This document shows, piece after piece, positions 58,184 through 64,000 of a DNA stretch of 64,000 nt (position 1 is its first letter; each line of letters opens with the position of its first letter). A program made the translations under genes and the position numbers. The notes below the pieces were generated by a model, which saw nothing but the letters and a program-made list of their open reading frames with translations, had not been told where the DNA came from and did no database searches. The stretch covers positions 2,592,001 to 2,656,000 of the forward strand of contig OZ245365.1 in assembly GCA_965226495.1 (NCBI GenBank), read 5' to 3'. Source of the stretch: Candidatus Marinacidobacterales bacterium. GTDB lineage: Bacteria > Acidobacteriota > Vicinamibacteria > Marinacidobacterales > DATDRI01.

Positions 58184-59617
58184 CTAGCTGCCGACATCGT
58201 AATAGAGGCGCAGTTCAAATTCGTCGCTGTCCATGACGAGGCGCTCGCCCTCGAGCTCGTGGTGCTCATCATACAGCCCGAGCGTCATTCGGTGAAGACC
58301 GCCTTCTTCGCGCGCCGCGGTGTCTAACACTTGGCCGTCTCGAATTACCCAGTGCGCCACGAGTAGCTTCTTTTCGTCGTAGCTCCCCTCGATCACTGCG
58401 ACGATTTCGTACTCGTTGACGAGCAATGCGCTGCGGTAGGGCGAAATCGAATCGGGCGTGGGGATCGGGAAAGCCTGGAGAACACGCGCCTCGACCACAA
58501 GGCGCTCGCGGGAGTTTTTGTCCGGCACGTGTGAGGGCCCACGCTGTGGATCTCGCCCCACGCGGCCCGCCGGCCGCTCACTTGGGTCAATCCAAGCGTC
58601 CGGATAGAAATCGGCGCGTCGGTTGTCCGACACCTTGACCCAGGCCTCGACCGTGGTGAAATCAGCTGAAAACCGCCCCAAGTGGATCTCGACCTGTTCA
58701 CCGCCGCCACGGATCTTGTTCGACGCAGTGCCCACCGTGTAGGGGCCAGTTATGGTAAGGAACCGGGGGTGGTTGGCCCATCGGGGATGGTAAATCTCGT
58801 AGCCATCGATTCCGGGCGCATTATTGATGTCGACTCGCCATCTTTCGTCACTCTCCAGATCCACCATGGTTAGCTTCCGGTGAGCGCCATCGAAATACCA
58901 GAAGAGTGGGTCGGCACCCGCTGACAGAGAGGTCCAACATCCCCTCCCTTTCCGATCCCAATCGCCCTTGGGGAGCTCCACCACACCGGCCCCAGGCCAA
59001 GGAAAGAGCCCGCCCGCGAGGCGGCCATCATCGGATACCTGAAATGTGTCCCCGCTGACGCGACGCCGATCCCACACCACTTCGTTAACATCCCATCGGT
59101 CGATTTGGTGTCGGGTCACGACTCCATAGGTGACGGGATCGGTTTTCTCGTCCGTACCAACGTAGACCCATTCAATATTCGTCTCTGGATCGATCCACGT
59201 TTCGAGGGCGAACCCTTTTCCGAGCTTGCGTAGGCCGGATCCATCCCAGTTCACGACGAACACCCGGTCCCGAAGACGGTTCGAAAACACGACGCGGTTG
59301 CCGAGAGGCGCAATCAGGGGCTTGGCGTAATTGCCCGGGGTGTCGACGATGGGGTGCTCGCCTCGACCGTCGTGGCTGTCGTAGCCCATCAAGCGCAGCT
59401 GGTCGGCCCGACTGCCGATGTCGGTCCCGTCGCCAATGTCCTGTGTCCAGACGATTCGGGTTCGTGCCCCGGTCAACCGTTCAATGTCACTTGGCTTCGC
59501 TGACGCCAGCCGCGTACTTGCGCGTGCCTGGTTACGTTTCCCGGGGTCCTCGGACGGCGCACACGATGTGGAAACAGCGAGGGCGAAAGTAATGAACAGT
59601 GATTTCTTTCGAGTCAT
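58184..59617 (-). CDS. Lipoprotein with TolB-like beta-propeller region and C-terminal domain
   Basis: STSC lipobox-like signal; G.RVVFS, VVNWDGSGLRKL, YHPRWANHPRF. Co-oriented 3 bp upstream of the MBOAT gene. Confidence 0.75.
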   Translation of the reverse strand: MTRKKSLFITFALAVSTSCAPSEDPGKRNQARASTRLASAKPSDIERLTGARTRIVWTQDIGDGTDIGSRADQLRLMGYDSHDGRGEHPIVDTPGNYAKPLIAPLGNRVVFSNRLRDRVFVVNWDGSGLRKLGKGFALETWIDPETNIEWVYVGTDEKTDPVTYGVVTRHQIDRWDVNEVVWDRRRVSGDTFQVSDDGRLAGGLFPWPGAGVVELPKGDWDRKGRGCWTSLSAGADPLFWYFDGAHRKLTMVDLESDERWRVDINNAPGIDGYEIYHPRWANHPRFLTITGPYTVGTASNKIRGGGEQVEIHLGRFSADFTTVEAWVKVSDNRRADFYPDAWIDPSERPAGRVGRDPQRGPSHVPDKNSRERLVVEARVLQAFPIPTPDSISPYRSALLVNEYEIVAVIEGSYDEKKLLVAHWVIRDGQVLDTAAREEGGLHRMTLGLYDEHHELEGERLVMDSDEFELRLYYDVGS

Positions 59618-59731
59618 GCTCCACTCATTTTCTGGCAGCGGCGTAGAACCCGCAAGTTGCTTACTCTAGCGCGTCGAAGTCACGTACACTAGTCGTTGGA
59701 GGCGGATACCCCGCACCGTCTGGAGGGCCCT

Positions 59732-60295
59732 ATGGGATTCGTACTCACTATCTTTGGCATCGTCGCCGGCGCTGTCATCCTCGTAGTTGGTTGGGCGGTG
59801 GCCATTTACAACGGCCTCATTCGCCTGCGAAACACCTGTGACAACGCCTGGAGCGACGTCGACGTCCAGCTGAAGAAACGATACGACCTGATCCCCAACC
59901 TCGTCGAAACCGTTAAAGGATACGCGAAACACGAGAAGGCTACCCTCGAGAGCGTGATCCAAGCCCGGAATCAGGCCATCGAAGCGCCCACGCCCGACGC
60001 CACAATCGCCGCAGAGAACGTGTTGACGGGCGCTCTGCGGCAACTCTTTGCCCTTTCGGAGGCCTACCCCGATTTAAAGGCCAACCAGCACTTCATACAG
60101 CTTCAGGGCGATCTCACCCAGATCGAAGGCGACATCGCCAATGCCCGCCGCTACTACAACGCAGTTGTCCGGGACTTCAACACGCGGCAACAGACGTTCC
60201 CGGCCAATATCATTGCCGGTTCGTTTGGCTTCCAACCGCGGATGTTTTTCGAGGCCGAGGAGGAAGATCGGAAGTCCGTTAAGGTTCAATTCTAG
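59732..60295 (+). CDS. lemA: LemA family protein
   Basis: YNGL..AWSDVDVQLKKRYDLIPNLVETVKGYA.HE, EAYPDLKAN, RRYYN..FPAN. Confidence 0.96.
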   Translation: MGFVLTIFGIVAGAVILVVGWAVAIYNGLIRLRNTCDNAWSDVDVQLKKRYDLIPNLVETVKGYAKHEKATLESVIQARNQAIEAPTPDATIAAENVLTGALRQLFALSEAYPDLKANQHFIQLQGDLTQIEGDIANARRYYNAVVRDFNTRQQTFPANIIAGSFGFQPRMFFEAEEEDRKSVKVQF

Positions 60296-60309
60296 CGAAC
60301 GAGCCAAAC

Positions 60310-62127
60310 GTGAGCACTTTGCGGGTCACTTGCCTCGTCTGGCTGGTCGGGGCCGCAGCCCTCGGAGCGGCACGACTTGCGAGCGCGACCGAGATCCACC
60401 AGTTCGATGTTTCGATTGTCCTCAACGCTGACAGCACCTTCGTCGTCACCGAAACGATCGAAGTCGACTTCGGCAACCTGCGGAAGCACGGCATCTTCCG
60501 GACGATCCCCATTGACTACGACCGGACGGAGACCGTTGCGGGCGTCCCGATAACCGCTCGCTACTCCATCCGTCTACACGTCTTGAATGTAAGGGACAAG
60601 AGCGGACGCTCCATTCCGTTCACCACCAGGAAGGAAGGCCGCAACGTTTTCGTCCGAATCGGTGACCCCCGGCGGACCATCACGGGCCGCATCAGCTATG
60701 TGATCACCTACAACGTCCAGAGGGCGATCAATCACTTCGAGAATCACGATGAGCTCTATTGGAACGTGACCGGGACGGAGTGGGACTGGCCGATTCATTC
60801 CGCCAGCGTGCGGGTCCGGTTGCCAGCGGGCGTAGAAGCCGAACGTCTGATGCACAAGACGTTCACCGGTCGTTGGAGCTCGAGAACGACGAACGCTACG
60901 GAACAACTCACCGAGGACCTCTACTTCGCCGAAGTTGCCGATTTGGAAACGGGCGAAGGTCTCACCATCGTTCTCGGTTTTCCGAAAGGAACTCTCGCGC
61001 CACCGTCCGCATTGCAGGAATTCTGGTGGACTATTGCCGACAACATTCTTTTCTTTCTGGTAGCCCTCGTCCCGCTTTTCGTGCTGTCCGTCTTGTCGTG
61101 GTTCTATCTGCGAATTGGCCGCGACCCCGGTCGTCGGACACCGATCGTGGTGCAATACGAGCCGCCGGCCGAGCTCTCACCGGCGGAAGTCGGTAGCCTC
61201 ATAGACGAGACGATCGACACGCCGGACATTGTCTCTACCGTCATCGACCTCGCCGTTCGAGGGCACCTCAAGATCCACGAGGAAAAAACGACGAAGCTCC
61301 TCTTCCTGTCGGAAACCGACTACCTTTTCGAGAAGCTCAAAGACGACCTCGAAGACCTGTCTGAGCACGAACGCGAGTTCTTGACCGGACTTTTTGGATC
61401 TAGCGACTCCGTTTGGCTGTCCAGCCTGAAGAACGAGTTCTACACGACCATCCCCCCGATCCGGAAGGCCATCACCCGCCAGATGCTGGCGAAGAAACTG
61501 TTTCCCAGTGACCCCGAGAAGACTCGCAGCCGCTATTTCATCGTCGGCATAGCGGCCGCCGTAGTCCCGTTTTTCTTGGGTATCTTCCTTCACAAGACAG
61601 GTGTCGTGACCGTCGGCGTTCCCTCGCCAGTAGGCGCGTTCCTCGTTTTCACCGTCCTCTGCTTGGTTTTGACGTTCATCATCATCCGGTCCTTCTCCAG
61701 AGCCATGCCTTCGAAAACACGAAAGGGAGCCCGCCTGGCCAGATACTGCCTGGGCTTCAAGGAGTTCATCGAACGCGTCGAGAAAGACCGCATCGAGCGG
61801 ATGGCCAAGGACGACCCGACTCTGTTCGAGCGGGTTCTTCCCTACGCCGTTGTCCTCGGCGTTGCCGACGAATGGGGCGAGCGGTTCGCGGGCCTTTTGA
61901 GCGAACCCCCGGACTGGTACGTGTCTCCTTCCTGGAGCCACGGGTCCTTCCATCCGGGAGACATGGTGAACAACTTGGGTCGAGGCATGCACGCCATGGG
62001 CTCGACCTTGACGTCGCAACCGAGTAGTAGCGGGGGCAGCGGGGGCGGAGGCGGCTTCAGCGGCTTCAGCGGTGGCGGCGGGTTCAGCGGGGGCGGCTTT
62101 GGCGGGGGCGGGGGCGGAAGCTGGTAA
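60310..62127 (+). CDS. DUF2207 membrane protein
   Basis: VTETI, HGIFRTIP, ELYWNVTG, LPYAVVLGV, Gly-rich tail ..GGGGGGSW. This is the usual lemA partner. Confidence 0.92.
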   Translation: MSTLRVTCLVWLVGAAALGAARLASATEIHQFDVSIVLNADSTFVVTETIEVDFGNLRKHGIFRTIPIDYDRTETVAGVPITARYSIRLHVLNVRDKSGRSIPFTTRKEGRNVFVRIGDPRRTITGRISYVITYNVQRAINHFENHDELYWNVTGTEWDWPIHSASVRVRLPAGVEAERLMHKTFTGRWSSRTTNATEQLTEDLYFAEVADLETGEGLTIVLGFPKGTLAPPSALQEFWWTIADNILFFLVALVPLFVLSVLSWFYLRIGRDPGRRTPIVVQYEPPAELSPAEVGSLIDETIDTPDIVSTVIDLAVRGHLKIHEEKTTKLLFLSETDYLFEKLKDDLEDLSEHEREFLTGLFGSSDSVWLSSLKNEFYTTIPPIRKAITRQMLAKKLFPSDPEKTRSRYFIVGIAAAVVPFFLGIFLHKTGVVTVGVPSPVGAFLVFTVLCLVLTFIIIRSFSRAMPSKTRKGARLARYCLGFKEFIERVEKDRIERMAKDDPTLFERVLPYAVVLGVADEWGERFAGLLSEPPDWYVSPSWSHGSFHPGDMVNNLGRGMHAMGSTLTSQPSSSGGSGGGGGFSGFSGGGGFSGGGFGGGGGGSW

Positions 62128-62185
62128 TATTCCGCAGGTCTAAACTGACTCTCCGTTCTAGTGATCGGGGCCAGGAGGACGTTCA

Positions 62186-62542
62186 ATGACCGACAACCGT
62201 GCACACGGCTGCACTGTGTTCCCTCTTGAAGAGTTAGAGGAGGAGCCGTCCCGAACCAACCAAGGCGCTTTCTTCGCTCGTATCCTTGGCGAAAACCGCC
62301 CCGAAGCGTGGGCACTCTACAAAGCACGGATCGAGCCTGGTTGCGAGTTAGCCCCCCACTCTCACGCGGTATCCGAGACTTTCCTTGTCGTCGAGGGGAC
62401 CGTGCACTGTGTCCTGGAGGAGGTCACGATCCAGGTTAGATCAACGGAGGTAGGCCGCCTCGAGAAGAACGTCGTTCACACCATTCAAAACCGAGGCGAT
62501 ACGGCAGCCATCATGCTAACGATTCTCTCCCCCGACCTGTAG
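62186..62542 (+). CDS. Cupin domain protein
   Basis: PHSH..ETFLVVEG, HTIQNRG. Confidence 0.8.
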   Translation: MTDNRAHGCTVFPLEELEEEPSRTNQGAFFARILGENRPEAWALYKARIEPGCELAPHSHAVSETFLVVEGTVHCVLEEVTIQVRSTEVGRLEKNVVHTIQNRGDTAAIMLTILSPDL

Positions 62543-62575
62543 GCCAGTCTAGGAGCAGTCATTTCAAGCACTGAC

Positions 62576-64000
62576 TCATTCGGAGAAGTTGACAGGTATA
62601 CTGGCACCCTTGAGCATGCTGATGAGCCCGGTCTTGTCGGTTGCCTTCATCCAGGCTTCTTTCGGCTCTACTTTCTTATCTTTGACGTGCGCCAATAGGC
62701 TGTCATTCATCGTGGTCATGCCTTGCCGCTTCGATGTCTGCATGATCGAGGCGATTTGAAACGTCTTTCCCTCGCGGATCAAGCTGGCGACGGCCTGGTT
62801 ACCGAGAAGGATCTCTAGCGCCGCGAGTCGACCCCCGCCTGTCTTCTTGCACAGGACCTGGGCTACCACTCCCTTCAGAGCGTCGGAGAGCATCACTCGG
62901 ATCTGGGCCTGCCGGTCTGAAGGAAACTGGTCGATGATGCGATCGACAGTGGAGACCGCTGTCGTCGTGTGAAGAGTGCCGAAGACCAGGTGCCCGGTCT
63001 CTGCAGTCTCGATAGCAATGGCGATGGTCTCGAGGTCACGCATTTCTCCGACGAGCACGATATCGGGATCCTCGCGAAGTGCAGCGCGCAGTGCGTCCTT
63101 GAACGACTCGGTATGTCGGCCGACCTCCCGTTGGTTCATAAGGCATTTCTGGTTTTGGTGCACGAACTCGATGGGGTCCTCGATGGTGATGATGTGATCC
63201 GATCGGTTCTTATTGATGTAATCTACCATCGCGGCCAGCGTGGTCGATTTTCCGGAGCCGGTAGGGCCGGTGACGAGCACCAGACCCTTGGTCAGGTTGC
63301 AGAGATCGAGCACTGGCTTGGGTAGACCGAGTTGCTCAGCGGTCAAAATGTCGAAGGGGATTTGACGCACCACGGTCCCGACCCCCTTGCGATCTTCGAA
63401 CACATTAACCCTGAATCGGGACACCCCCGGGATCTCGTAGGCCAAGTCGGCGTCTCTTCTGGTCTTGAAACGCTCCCGAACATCGTCGGACATGATGGGC
63501 AGGAGGAGATTCTCGATTCTGTCGGAAGTGAACGTTCCTCGATCGTTCAAGAAGCGAATCTCACCGTCGACCCGCATCACGGGCGCAACGTCGGCTGAGA
63601 GATGCAAGTCAGACGCACCCTCCGAGACCATCGATTGGAGAATCTGGTCGAACTCGGAGCGACCGTTCCCCGCCTCCACACTCACTCGCGTCTGAGTCAC
63701 CGGTGACGTCCCTCCATTCGTCGGCTGCACACCTTGCACTGTCCCACCATTCGGCGGGCTGGGTGCAGTTGGGGTTGGGGTGGATGGCGGATCAGGGGCC
63801 TCCTGGCTCGACGTCGGTACGCGTCGGAGCTGGATGGCGATCGTTCCATTCGGGCGATGAAGAAAAATCTCGTAGGTCTCCCCGCCATGCGTCACAGTGA
63901 CCGTCTTCGGAGTCTTCGCTAGAGACTCTACCCCGTCCGGTCCGATGACGCCTTGGGCGGTGTTCTCCAGAATCGTTTCCTGAAGCGGCTCTCGTCCCAG
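62576..64000 (-). CDS. pilT: Type IV pilus retraction ATPase PilT/PilU with N-terminal extension (5' end outside the window)
   Basis: ASDLHL, GLVLVTGPTGSGKSTT, TIEDPIE, ALREDPD..GEMRD, AETGHLVFGTLHT. The frame is open to the window edge. Confidence 0.93.
   Translation of the reverse strand: MGREPLQETILENTAQGVIGPDGVESLAKTPKTVTVTHGGETYEIFLHRPNGTIAIQLRRVPTSSQEAPDPPSTPTPTAPSPPNGGTVQGVQPTNGGTSPVTQTRVSVEAGNGRSEFDQILQSMVSEGASDLHLSADVAPVMRVDGEIRFLNDRGTFTSDRIENLLLPIMSDDVRERFKTRRDADLAYEIPGVSRFRVNVFEDRKGVGTVVRQIPFDILTAEQLGLPKPVLDLCNLTKGLVLVTGPTGSGKSTTLAAMVDYINKNRSDHIITIEDPIEFVHQNQKCLMNQREVGRHTESFKDALRAALREDPDIVLVGEMRDLETIAIAIETAETGHLVFGTLHTTTAVSTVDRIIDQFPSDRQAQIRVMLSDALKGVVAQVLCKKTGGGRLAALEILLGNQAVASLIREGKTFQIASIMQTSKRQGMTTMNDSLLAHVKDKKVEPKEAWMKATDKTGLISMLKGASIPVNFSE

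Noticed and set aside
4306-62019. Many long overlapping or antisense ORFs (e.g. 4306-5559, 4409-5518, 7525-8436, 56903-58030, 61177-62019)
   Set aside because: These are Arg/Pro-rich shadow frames of well-supported genes, as expected in high-GC DNA.

Overview
GC-rich bacterial DNA, probably Acidobacteriota (Vicinamibacteria-like). That placement is an inference from the Ser/Thr-kinase-TPR and wHTH-TPR regulators and the GGGGTGGGGCCCC intergenic repeats. The window holds an amine/amide catabolic region (class III aminotransferase, aldehyde dehydrogenase, APC permease, Dpp-type ABC components without ATPases, amidohydrolase, PhyH dioxygenase, amidases), lepA-hemW, a RelE/RHH toxin-antitoxin pair, many stand-alone hydrolases and an ECF sigma/anti-sigma pair. 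It also holds an MBOAT/AlgJ-type O-acetylation operon next to an MltF-like lytic transglycosylase, lemA-DUF2207, and a partial pilT. Mobile DNA comprises two IS256 copies with intact 8-bp target duplications, a frameshifted IS1182-like element inserted at CTAG in a hairpin, and a 180-bp MITE that splits a large secreted LamG/PKD protein gene. About ten genes are truncated, fused or frameshifted. The most unusual signal is an unannotated ~350-nt, heavily base-paired, pseudoknotted + strand RNA candidate at ~12795-13145, lying between a TTGACA promoter and a terminator-like hairpin. It matches no RNA family I can recognise by eye. All calls come from motif reading only; no searches were run.
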